Source: a virus
Virus record (IMG/VR): IMGVR_UViG_3300045988_098461
Location: 20,546-84,545 of that record
Reading direction: 5' to 3' (one strand)
DNA: 64,000 nucleotides
The position numbers and the translations under genes are program-made. This document shows positions 46,348 to 53,652 of the stretch, piece by piece; within the stretch, counting starts at the first letter, position 1; each line of letters starts with the position of its first letter. The notes under the pieces are model-generated. The model ran no database searches, was not told where the DNA came from, and saw only the letters and a list, made by a program, of their open reading frames with translations.

Positions 46348-46938
46348 TTATTTCACGTTGAGAATCTTCTGCTGCTGTAAAGAAAGTCGCCACTTAGGGT
46401 TAGCCTCTACGAAAGCAACAGTCTGTTTCAGAATCTCGGCATTCTTCTTTGCATCGCCCGTATCACAAGGTTGAACGTAGTAGTAATCTGCATCAATACC
46501 ACAATCGGTAATCTCGTGCTCACCATCAAAGACAACCTTCACCTCAGTAGCTATCTTTATGATAGGTTCTGCGCCCTTAACGAATAAGCACTTAGGAGAG
46601 CAAGTAACCCAGTTGATACCACCATGAATCTTGTGCGTTCCGTTGGTCTCCATAGCAATATAATAGCCCCAATTTTGGAGAAGGGTAGTAAGCTCCTCAT
46701 CCACCTGTAATGTAGGCTCACCGCCCGTAAAGACAACAAATTTACAATCAGGTGAGAGCAACTGAATCTTATTCAGAATATCAATAGCCCCCATTTCCTC
46801 ATACTTCTTAAAGTCAGTATCACAGAAAGGGCACTTCAAGTTACAACCCGAGAAGCGGACGAAGATAGCCGCTCTGCCTGCATGTCTTCCCTCACCTTGG
46901 ATAGAGTAGAAGATTTCGTTTACTTTATACTTAGCCAT
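46348..46938 (-). CDS. queE: 7-carboxy-7-deazaguanine synthase (radical SAM)
   Basis: YSIQGEGRHAGRAAIFVRFSGCNLKCPFCDTDF. Confidence 0.85.
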   Translation of the reverse strand: MAKYKVNEIFYSIQGEGRHAGRAAIFVRFSGCNLKCPFCDTDFKKYEEMGAIDILNKIQLLSPDCKFVVFTGGEPTLQVDEELTTLLQNWGYYIAMETNGTHKIHGGINWVTCSPKCLFVKGAEPIIKIATEVKVVFDGEHEITDCGIDADYYYVQPCDTGDAKKNAEILKQTVAFVEANPKWRLSLQQQKILNVK

Positions 46939-47297
46939 TAGAGAGCCTCCTTTCCGTCAATTTTATCATCGTCACAATAAACAGCGATATTGCCTTCACT
47001 CTCCTGTACCTGTGCCTTGTAGCACTCTATGAACTGAGCAACAATCCATTTGGCGATATTCTCAGCAGTAGGATTGAAAAACAAAAGCTCGTTGAGGTTG
47101 CCGTGGTCGAGGTAGCCGTGAATCTTCTGCTTAATATGCTTGAAGTCCATCACCATACCATCCTTGTTCAGCTTTTCAGCCTTGCAGTAGACAGTAATAA
47201 TCCAATTATGCCCATGAAGGTTGGCGCACTTGCTTTCATAAGAGAGATTCAGCTTATGACAAGCGGCAATCTCCATTCTTTTTGAAACGTAATACAT
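46938..47297 (-). CDS. queD: 6-carboxy-5,6,7,8-tetrahydropterin synthase
   Basis: ...ACHKL......LHGHNW.... Confidence 0.85.
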   Translation of the reverse strand: MYYVSKRMEIAACHKLNLSYESKCANLHGHNWIITVYCKAEKLNKDGMVMDFKHIKQKIHGYLDHGNLNELLFFNPTAENIAKWIVAQFIECYKAQVQESEGNIAVYCDDDKIDGKEAL

Positions 47298-47315
47298 AAT
47301 TTTCCTTTCTTTTAT

Positions 47316-47346
47316 TTTGTTATTTCAATTTTTATTCTTAATTTTG
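47316..47346 (+). promoter_or_regulatory. orphan Bacteroidota-type promoter TTTG-N19-TAATTTTG, antisense to the que operon
   Basis: TTTG at 47316-19 and TAATTTTG at 47339-46. Confidence 0.55.
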
Positions 47347-47352
47347 CGACCG

Positions 47353-47446
47353 AGAAGAATAAATCGGGTGGGTCAGTACACTGGCTGCTCGATTTCATGC
47401 TTATTCTTCAAAGGCAAAGAGGTGTACCTGCTTTGCTGTTTTTTAT
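47353..47446 (+). ncRNA. candidate ~95-nt structured sRNA with an intrinsic terminator
   Basis: A 9-bp stem GAAGAATAA(47354-62)/TTATTCTTC(47401-09) encloses inner helices. The terminator is GCAAAG-AGGT..ACCT-CTTTGC(47414-36) plus TGTTTTTTAT. No ORF. Confidence 0.45.
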
Positions 47447-47985
47447 CAAAGTTTATGGCGATGAACATTGCCTGATAAGCCAACAACAATAACTTCTTTT
47501 AAGTTACCTCTTTCATTTCCTTTTGCATGAGTGAGATACATAGAAATTTGGTCTTTGACATATTCCTTTGTCATAGCCTTGTTATTCTGTATGAGGATAG
47601 CAACCTCTGCCCCTTGCTTTGCAGCACTCTTCAATGCATTCTCTACCTTATAGGCACTCGCCGAGTTGATGGTTTTCATATCCATCACGGCGTGCTCTTT
47701 GAAGCCATCAGTCTTCTTCGCTCCCGTTATATACGACATTTCGCTCATCAAATATACACGATAACCCTTTTTGGCAAGAACTTCTGCGGCATACATTTCC
47801 TTATTGGTATTCGGGTCAGCAATCTTATTATGGTTGTTATGTACCACATAATAACCGCCGCTTTTATCGAAGTAGCTATCTTTATAGTTGCCCGTAGAGA
47901 CGATGGCTTGAAATTCTGATTCTCTCTTAGCCATCGTCTTAGGGTTACCCGAATAGTTTCGTGTACCTCCGCTTGCCTTACTCAT
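47446..47985 (-). CDS. protein with N-terminal MSKASGGTR leader (family member 3) and a possible PD-(D/E)xK-like C-terminal domain
   Basis: Start moved to the internal MSKASGGTRNY (47985), because the longer track ORF overlaps queC. ...KKTDGFKEHAVMDMKTI...QGAEVAILIQ... resembles restriction-endonuclease-fold toxin domains, but this is tentative. Confidence 0.5.
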   Translation of the reverse strand: MSKASGGTRNYSGNPKTMAKRESEFQAIVSTGNYKDSYFDKSGGYYVVHNNHNKIADPNTNKEMYAAEVLAKKGYRVYLMSEMSYITGAKKTDGFKEHAVMDMKTINSASAYKVENALKSAAKQGAEVAILIQNNKAMTKEYVKDQISMYLTHAKGNERGNLKEVIVVGLSGNVHRHKL

Positions 47986-48634
47986 CCTCGTATTCGGTTG
48001 GGTCTGAAATGCCTGCATCACGGAGAGCTTCCTTGCGTTCCATACAAGTACCACACTTACCGCAATGCTTCTCACCGCCCTTGTAGCAGCTCCAAGTTTC
48101 AGCGTAGTTAATGCCAAGCTCCTTGCCGTGGCGAGCAACATCAGTCTTCGTAATACTGGTATAAGGAGCATCAATGCTGATACCCTCGTAAGTACCATTC
48201 TTCATTGCCTCTGACATGGCATCAATGAAGCCCTTGCGGCAGTCTGGATAGATTGCGTGGTCGCCGAAATGGTTAGCAATAAGCACCTTCTTCAATCCAT
48301 TACTCTCTGCGATACCGCAAGCGATAGAGAGCATAATGCCGTTACGGAAAGGAACTACGGTTGATTTCATGTTTGCATCATCGTAATTACCTTCTGGGAT
48401 AGCTTCTGCTCCTTCGAGGAGAGAGGATTTGAAATAATCGTGAATAAAATTGAGTGGAATAACAATATGCTTGATACCAAGTCGCTCACAATGCAACTTA
48501 GCAAAAGGAATCTCCTTCTGATTGTGGTTAGAGCCATAATCAAAAGAAATAGCGAGAGCAATGTTCTCTTTCTTCTCATGCAGGAGAGTTACCGAGTCCA
48601 TACCTCCTGATACAATAATCAATGAATCTTTCAT
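47978..48634 (-). CDS. queC: 7-cyano-7-deazaguanine (preQ0) synthase
   Basis: IIVSGGMDS PP-loop and a C-terminal Cys cluster CYKGGEKHCGKCGTC. Confidence 0.9.
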   Translation of the reverse strand: MKDSLIIVSGGMDSVTLLHEKKENIALAISFDYGSNHNQKEIPFAKLHCERLGIKHIVIPLNFIHDYFKSSLLEGAEAIPEGNYDDANMKSTVVPFRNGIMLSIACGIAESNGLKKVLIANHFGDHAIYPDCRKGFIDAMSEAMKNGTYEGISIDAPYTSITKTDVARHGKELGINYAETWSCYKGGEKHCGKCGTCMERKEALRDAGISDPTEYEDE

Positions 48635-48662
48635 AACTAATTAAAATTTAAATATTTATCTT

Positions 48663-49523
48663 TTATAATCTTGCACGAGCGTACTTCATAAAGCGTACCC
48701 ACTCGCCGAAATTATGTGCAGCAACCAACTTTGAGCGAAGTTTCTTGCCCTCAGGTGCTTTGGTTTTATCCATAGTTCCGTTCTTGGCATTGAACTTATA
48801 TATAGAACCGCTCATATTGCCATAAAGCCAAGCTGTTGAATCCACAGAATCAAAGTGATAAGTATGCAATCCTCTGATATTTGTATATCCAAGAGCATGT
48901 ATCTTGCAGCCATATTTATGTGCTGTCTTTATGAACCAAGGAAATAACTTCTCATATTTATTGATAGGTATCTCTTTAGTCACGATGCCACCAATAGCCA
49001 CATAAGGGTAATTCTTGCACATTTCAACGAAATACTCTTTCCCTCGTGACTTATGCCAAACGGGGATAGGCTTACGTCCACTTAATCTTTCGAGCTTTTC
49101 ACGAAGTCTTTCAACCTCCTTGATACCAACAACTGAATCAATATCAAGCTCAAAGAAATTCTTTACGTTCCATTTCTTAATGAATGCAGCATATCCTTCT
49201 ACGTATTTATCGAAGTTAACTACACCTGCTCCCGACATAAATGTGAAAGCACCACTATCTAATAGGAAATTCTGAAAATTGCCTATCAATCGAGGAAACT
49301 CTTTATTATTCTGTAGATAATAGTAAGTTTCCAATATATTTAATCCTTCCCAATCGGCATCCTTGCCGTTCTTTACTGGGTGTTCACCTGCTAAAAAAAC
49401 TTCCATAGCCTTTTTATAAACATAGGGACGACTTAAAGTCCCTGCTATATATAATTCCATACTAACACTTTTCCAAAACTTACTAAGATTTCCAGTAAGC
49501 CCCCCCGCAAGATAGACTTCCAT
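48663..49523 (-). CDS. dpdA: DpdA-like DNA (tRNA-guanine-transglycosylase-fold) transglycosylase
   Basis: ...FLLDSGAFTFMSG... core and its position beside queC. Start is ambiguous because of three ME[VL][YF][LI]AG repeats. Confidence 0.6.
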   Translation of the reverse strand: MEVYLAGGLTGNLSKFWKSVSMELYIAGTLSRPYVYKKAMEVFLAGEHPVKNGKDADWEGLNILETYYYLQNNKEFPRLIGNFQNFLLDSGAFTFMSGAGVVNFDKYVEGYAAFIKKWNVKNFFELDIDSVVGIKEVERLREKLERLSGRKPIPVWHKSRGKEYFVEMCKNYPYVAIGGIVTKEIPINKYEKLFPWFIKTAHKYGCKIHALGYTNIRGLHTYHFDSVDSTAWLYGNMSGSIYKFNAKNGTMDKTKAPEGKKLRSKLVAAHNFGEWVRFMKYARARL

Positions 49524-49530
49524 ATCTCTA

Positions 49531-50202
49531 TTATTTTATTTCCACACCATCGTATTCGGAAACGGCAGACTTGATAATCTCCTTAATCTCATCTACCTTA
49601 TCTTCCAACTCTTGTGGAATATGGACGGAGAGCTTAATATCTTTAACTTTGCTCTCGGTATTTTGGGCATCCTCGAATAGCTCATCAATATCGGTATCAT
49701 CCTCATCGGTATTGAGAAAAGAGCAATCAACACCCCAATTCTGCAAATCATCGGTTTCCCATTCACCATTGGCAAGCTCATCCCAATCCCAATTACCTGC
49801 TTGCACGTTATCCTTGATAGCATACTCCTTGATTTTCTGAATTGGGGTATCGGTCTTCAAGACGAAACAAGGCAGCTTATCGAAGTTCGTATTTCCACCG
49901 ATGCGTAACTCGTTAGCCACTCTGAGGCGCATATTACCGCAGATGGTGACGTATGTACCATCCTCCAAGCCATAAACCATCAAAGGCTTGTACTCTAAGA
50001 GCTCTGGGCTATCGGCGAGTGATTTGACGAGCTTGTCGTGCTCGCTCTCCTTTAAGTAGCGAGGGTTCTTTGGAACGCCATCAATCTGCCCCTCATTATA
50101 GAGGAGCTTTGTAATGTCAATCATTTCACGAAACCCAAGCTTTACAAGAAGCTCATCCTTTGCGATGGATGGGTTCTGTGAGATTCTCTTTTCTCTTGCC
50201 AT
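49531..50202 (-). CDS. ParB N-terminal-domain (ParB-like nuclease/NTPase) protein, DpdB-like by context
   Basis: ...GVPKNPRYLKESEHDKLVKSL... and ...ICGNMRLRVANEL.... Confidence 0.65.
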   Translation of the reverse strand: MAREKRISQNPSIAKDELLVKLGFREMIDITKLLYNEGQIDGVPKNPRYLKESEHDKLVKSLADSPELLEYKPLMVYGLEDGTYVTICGNMRLRVANELRIGGNTNFDKLPCFVLKTDTPIQKIKEYAIKDNVQAGNWDWDELANGEWETDDLQNWGVDCSFLNTDEDDTDIDELFEDAQNTESKVKDIKLSVHIPQELEDKVDEIKEIIKSAVSEYDGVEIK

Positions 50203-50230
50203 AATTTTATTATTTAATAATTATTATTTG

Positions 50231-50238
50231 CAAAGTTA
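50231..50238 (-). promoter_or_regulatory. -7 box TAACTTTG for the ParB-dpdA-que operon
   Basis: Plus strand reads caaagtta, 29 nt upstream of the ATG at 50202. A CTATTAAAA motif lies just upstream. Confidence 0.4.
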
Positions 50239-50288
50239 CGGAGATTATTCGGGTTTTAATAGAAAATAATAGGTTGCGTGTAAACAAA

Positions 50289-50486
50289 TAAAAAAGCTAC
50301 CCATATAATGAGTAGCCTTTGAAGTTATCATAAAATATTATACCTATTATATATAAGAAAAGCAGCTACCTATCACAGGCGGCTGCTTATAGACTAATAA
50401 CTAACTATTATTTTCATTTAACCAAATCTTAACTAATACATATTGTTATGACACTTCAGAACCTATATTCCACAATTTCCGTTTTG
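50289..50486 (-). ncRNA. candidate 135-200-nt sRNA with two terminator hairpins
   Basis: Lies downstream of promoter 50493-50524. Hairpin AAGCAGC/GCTGCTT (50360-88) is followed by TTCTTATATAT, and hairpin GCTAC/GTAGC (50296-50316) by TTTTTTATTTG. Only trivial ORFs are present. Confidence 0.4.
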
Positions 50487-50492
50487 CTGATG

Positions 50493-50524
50493 CAAAGATA
50501 CAAAAGAAAGCGAGATACAGCAAA
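50493..50524 (-). promoter_or_regulatory. orphan Bacteroidota-type promoter TTTG-N20-TATCTTTG
   Basis: Plus strand reads caaagata at 50493-500 and caaa at 50521-24, with exactly 20 nt between the boxes. Confidence 0.55.
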
Positions 50525-50551
50525 TAAATGCCATATCTCGCATAAACAATC

Positions 50552-51322
50552 TTACTTTTCCTCAATCTGTTTAGAGACATTATCTGTTCGGAAATCCTCA
50601 ATCTGCTTGGAGAAAGGGGTGAGCTTATCAAGCTGCGCCTTAACAGAGAACTCTTCTCCGATAAAGGCAACACCTTCGTGAATCTTCTGCAAGGCGGCAA
50701 GCTGCTTCTTTGTAGTAACAACGGGGTTGATGTAGATGCAACCTCTATGGGTCTGGGCGAACCGCAGACACTCAGCACCGCCGCCGTAGATAACAAATAG
50801 CGGCTCTTTGCCCTCTGCCCAATCGCTTGCAATGGAATACTCAAAGGCGAGGTTATTCAGTCTATCCGAATATCCACGGGTAGCGAAGGCACGCCATCCA
50901 CGAGGTACGCCAATCATATTGAGGCGATAGAACTTCTGCGCAACGTTGAGGTCAACGAAGATACCGATACCCTTACCTTGCATACAACGGGCAATCCAGC
51001 GTTTCTTGTAGATAGCCTGCAAGCCGAAAGATACGGGCATTTCATTATATAGGGAGAAGTTCGGCTCAACGATAACGGCAGGGTGATGCTGCAATATCTT
51101 CTCAGGGTGCTCGTAGATAGCTGAGAAGCGGTAATCATCGGTATAGAAGTGCAAAGAGCCTTCACCATTGAGGTTGAAGGTTCTCTTCTGTTCGCCGAAG
51201 CAAAGGAAGGGTGACTGACACTCCTTTGCTTGCATATCAATATCGAGTGTCGGAATCTCTAGGTCATTGTCCGTTGGGAAGAGCTGGTCGGGCAGGGTAA
51301 GCTCATAATCTGTTCTTTTCAT
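50552..51322 (-). CDS. DUF4417-family protein
   Basis: ...SLHFYTDDYRFSAIYEHPEKIL....IVEPNFSLYNEMP...IYKKRWIARCMQ.KGI... matches the DUF4417 pattern. Confidence 0.6.
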   Translation of the reverse strand: MKRTDYELTLPDQLFPTDNDLEIPTLDIDMQAKECQSPFLCFGEQKRTFNLNGEGSLHFYTDDYRFSAIYEHPEKILQHHPAVIVEPNFSLYNEMPVSFGLQAIYKKRWIARCMQGKGIGIFVDLNVAQKFYRLNMIGVPRGWRAFATRGYSDRLNNLAFEYSIASDWAEGKEPLFVIYGGGAECLRFAQTHRGCIYINPVVTTKKQLAALQKIHEGVAFIGEEFSVKAQLDKLTPFSKQIEDFRTDNVSKQIEEK

Positions 51323-51636
51323 GCTTTGTTACTTTTTAAGAGTTCTACGATTTGGTTATATATAGATAAGGTGTACTTATCCTTTGACTGAACGTATTGC
51401 ATATACTTTCGTGCTTGGTTGATTACGTTTGCTCTGGTACGGCAGAGTAGGCGAGCCGAGCGGTCGGGGTGAATGCAATAATCACGGCTTATGAGGCAAT
51501 ATAATCCTCTAAGGGTGTTGAGCTTGACGGTCTTCACCGCAGAGCAAAGTTCCATGAACGTAACCTTGCCTACCTCACATACCGCTTGCATGATGCGGTC
51601 GGAGAGTTCGTACTGCTGATATTGATTGTATATCAT
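51319..51636 (-). CDS. small HTH protein (DnaA domain IV-like, tentative)
   Basis: 105 aa with ...LYCLISRDYCIHPDRSARLLCRTRANVINQARKY.... Confidence 0.4.
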   Translation of the reverse strand: MIYNQYQQYELSDRIMQAVCEVGKVTFMELCSAVKTVKLNTLRGLYCLISRDYCIHPDRSARLLCRTRANVINQARKYMQYVQSKDKYTLSIYNQIVELLKSNKA

Positions 51637-51678
51637 ACGCTATTACTTATTATTTGGTTATTAATAGAAAATATAATG

Positions 51679-51686
51679 CAAAGTTA
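51679..51686 (-). promoter_or_regulatory. -7 box TAACTTTG
   Basis: Plus strand reads caaagtta, 43 nt upstream of the ATG at 51636. Confidence 0.4.
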
Positions 51687-51714
51687 TAAAAATCTATTAA
51701 AAAGCGAATAGAAA

Positions 51715-51742
51715 CTATTAATTATTTTAAATTTATTAATAG
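51715..51742. promoter_or_regulatory. palindrome CTATTAAT-N12-ATTAATAG (operator candidate)
   Basis: Lies between the divergent promoters at 51.7 kb. Confidence 0.35.
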
Positions 51743-51746
51743 AAAA

Positions 51747-51778
51747 GTTGGTTATTTGACAGATTTTTATTAATTTTG
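51747..51778 (+). promoter_or_regulatory. Bacteroidota-type promoter GTTG-N20-TAATTTTG
   Basis: TAATTTTGCGGTG core at 51771-83, identical to cassettes A and B. Confidence 0.55.
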
Positions 51779-51879
51779 CGGTGTGTTTAAGATAGAACAC
51801 TATCACTTAGCGAGTTTATGGGGAACTTTCTAAAGTGTAAGATTTTGGATTTACGTGAGCCGCAAGGCTACTAAATACG

Positions 51880-51925
51880 GAGCAGCAGAGAATCCCCATT
51901 TCTTTGCTGCTCTTGACTTTTTAAA
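51880..51925 (+). terminator. terminator/attenuator hairpin in the leader, 12-15 nt before the ATG at 51937
   Basis: GAGCAGCA(51880-87)/TGCTGCTC(51905-12) followed by TTGACTTTTT. Confidence 0.5.
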
Positions 51926-51936
51926 GCATCTGTAAA

Positions 51937-52722
51937 ATGGAGATACGCAGAAAGATATTGAACGATATGTATTGCAATCCCGAACTAAGGAAGGCAATTG
52001 CATTTTCCCTTTTCATTAAGACAAGGGTCAAGTCTTCTGCCGTGCAAAGATGGAGCATCAATAAGCTTCACGAAATCACGGGAGTAAGTGCCTGTGCTGT
52101 CCGCAAGCGTATTGATACATTGAAGGCTCTGGGCTTGGTTGAGTTCACGGGCAAGAATAATCGTTGCCTCGTCTTCAAGTCTCTAAAAAGTCATACCTCT
52201 CACAGGAACGTCCTCGTTCCTAATATCGAGTTTATTTCAAGGAATGATTCTAAAAAGAATGCCTATGCACAGAATGTAAAGTTCATAGAAGATACCTTAT
52301 CTGCTATGCTTATCATTGATGTACAGAATCGAAAGAATTACGCTAAGCAAATGATTCAGCAGTCTAAGCACCCTAAAGGCTTAAAAGAGTTGAAGGCGGC
52401 TAAGAAGGTTTGTAATCGTTTTGGCTACGGCGATAAGTTTAGAGAGAATGGTATATCATATAAGTATATAGCTGAGAAGTTAAGCGTAAGCGTACAAAAA
52501 GCTTTTGATTTGGTAAAATTCGCGGTCAAAAACGAGATTTTATGCAAATACAGAAACATAGAAAAACGTTTTTTATCCTCTATTGACTATATAAAGGATA
52601 TGATACTCAATAACTATACTTATATCAAGGGAGGGGTAGTCTGTAGGGTGTATGCTAATACCTATGAGGTAATGGAAGGCTCGCCTTCGGCTCGCTTCGC
52701 TTCTATCGTGGTATATAATTAG
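51937..52722 (+). CDS. putative winged-helix DNA-binding protein (regulator or replication initiator)
   Basis: 261 aa with ...INKLHEITGVSACAVRKRIDTLKALGLVEF... and a second HTH-like segment ISYKYIAEKLSVSVQKAFDLVK. Confidence 0.5.
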   Translation: MEIRRKILNDMYCNPELRKAIAFSLFIKTRVKSSAVQRWSINKLHEITGVSACAVRKRIDTLKALGLVEFTGKNNRCLVFKSLKSHTSHRNVLVPNIEFISRNDSKKNAYAQNVKFIEDTLSAMLIIDVQNRKNYAKQMIQQSKHPKGLKELKAAKKVCNRFGYGDKFRENGISYKYIAEKLSVSVQKAFDLVKFAVKNEILCKYRNIEKRFLSSIDYIKDMILNNYTYIKGGVVCRVYANTYEVMEGSPSARFASIVVYN

Positions 52723-52799
52723 ATTATAAAAAACTAAGATTTTGTTTAACGTTTAAATATAGGAGATACAAAAATGTTATTTGAGAAAATTAGTCGTAG

Positions 52800-53030
52800 A
52801 TGTCTGCTTACTTTGAGTTTAAGCCATTCGACAGATGTATTTGGAAGATACGGAATTGTGAAGGCTCTATATGGCAAGCAAGTTTCGTTTCTTATGTTGA
52901 TGAGTATGGTGCTACTCCAATGGGTATGTCTATAGATGAAGATTTGGTTAACTTAATTATCCTTCCTTATAACGACCAGACTAAGCTCCTCGTGGGTACT
53001 ACCGATGAATGGGAAGGAGGTGAGCAATGA
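52800..53030 (+). CDS. hypothetical protein
   Basis: 76-aa ORF whose stop overlaps the next start. Confidence 0.5.
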   Translation: MSAYFEFKPFDRCIWKIRNCEGSIWQASFVSYVDEYGATPMGMSIDEDLVNLIILPYNDQTKLLVGTTDEWEGGEQ

Positions 53031-53245
53031 TTAGAAACGATGCAAAGATAATTGTAACACCAACTAGAGTATCACTTAAAGAAGCCTTGATAGAAGAAGT
53101 AGTTAAGGCACTCAATGAAGAAACTTCCATCTATAAGAATTATGAAATCTCAGAAGTAAAACTTGTTGGCAACCCTCCTAGTGGCAAGGAAAGCCGCAGA
53201 ACGAGGAGAATGTTAGAACTTAGAAAAAGAAAGGGTAGATTATGA
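53027..53245 (+). CDS. hypothetical protein
   Basis: GGAGGTGA upstream. Confidence 0.5.
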   Translation: MIRNDAKIIVTPTRVSLKEALIEEVVKALNEETSIYKNYEISEVKLVGNPPSGKESRRTRRMLELRKRKGRL

Positions 53246-53652
53246 ATGATGATAATAAAATAGAAGCTGCAAAGGAAGAAATCTACGAGGATAGATTCTT
53301 GCTTAATGGTGAAGAGATAGTCTTCAACAATGATGAAAAGGAAGAAATGTTCTACAAAGAGGACATCAAAGAAGCCATTGGACTAGGTGCTAAGTGGGGT
53401 ATCAATGAGCTATTGAAGGACATGTTTCACCCTGCTAGCGAAGTTCCACGTAACGACAACGGAAAGGTTCTTGCGTTCTCAAAAGAATTCGGTAATAGAA
53501 AGCTCTACGATATGAACGATGAGCTTGATAAAACCACTTGCGATACATATAAAGAAATGTGGGAAGAGCAAGTCAATATATTCCATTTGTCTGATTGGAT
53601 ATTCGTAGAAGAGTTGTTTGACTTAATTACGAAAGGAGGCAACCATGATTAA
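53242..53652 (+). CDS. hypothetical protein
   Basis: 136-aa ORF with an overlapping junction. Confidence 0.55.
   Translation: MNDDNKIEAAKEEIYEDRFLLNGEEIVFNNDEKEEMFYKEDIKEAIGLGAKWGINELLKDMFHPASEVPRNDNGKVLAFSKEFGNRKLYDMNDELDKTTCDTYKEMWEEQVNIFHLSDWIFVEELFDLITKGGNHD

Noticed and set aside
47353-47446. preQ1 riboswitch, given the queuosine-pathway neighbourhood
   Set aside because: The element is on the opposite strand from the que genes and is followed by a terminator and no ORF. I could not recognise the compact preQ1-I/II/III pseudoknot consensus by eye. A covariance-model scan is needed before excluding it fully.
47446-48198. 250-aa version of the ORF given in the track
   Set aside because: The first 71 codons overlap the 3' end of queC out of frame and encode a low-complexity Leu/Arg/Ala-rich peptide. 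The internal Met at 47985 reproduces the MSKASGGTR leader seen in two other genes.
50446-50844. Track ORFs 50446..50844 (-) and 50448..50681 (+) in or beside the DUF4417-ParB gap
   Set aside because: One is antisense or out of frame to DUF4417, and the other runs through a canonical promoter. The peptide compositions are non-protein-like. The gap is better explained by a promoter-terminator RNA unit.
52774-52935. SD-led (TAGGAGATAC) ATG at 52774 opening a 53-codon ORF out of frame with the 52800 gene
   Set aside because: The peptide (MLFEKISRRCLLTLSLSHSTD...) looks non-coding, whereas the 52800 frame looks protein-like and couples to the next gene. Upstream stops in the 52800 frame rule out a simple frameshift error. 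It may be a leader uORF but is not called as a gene.
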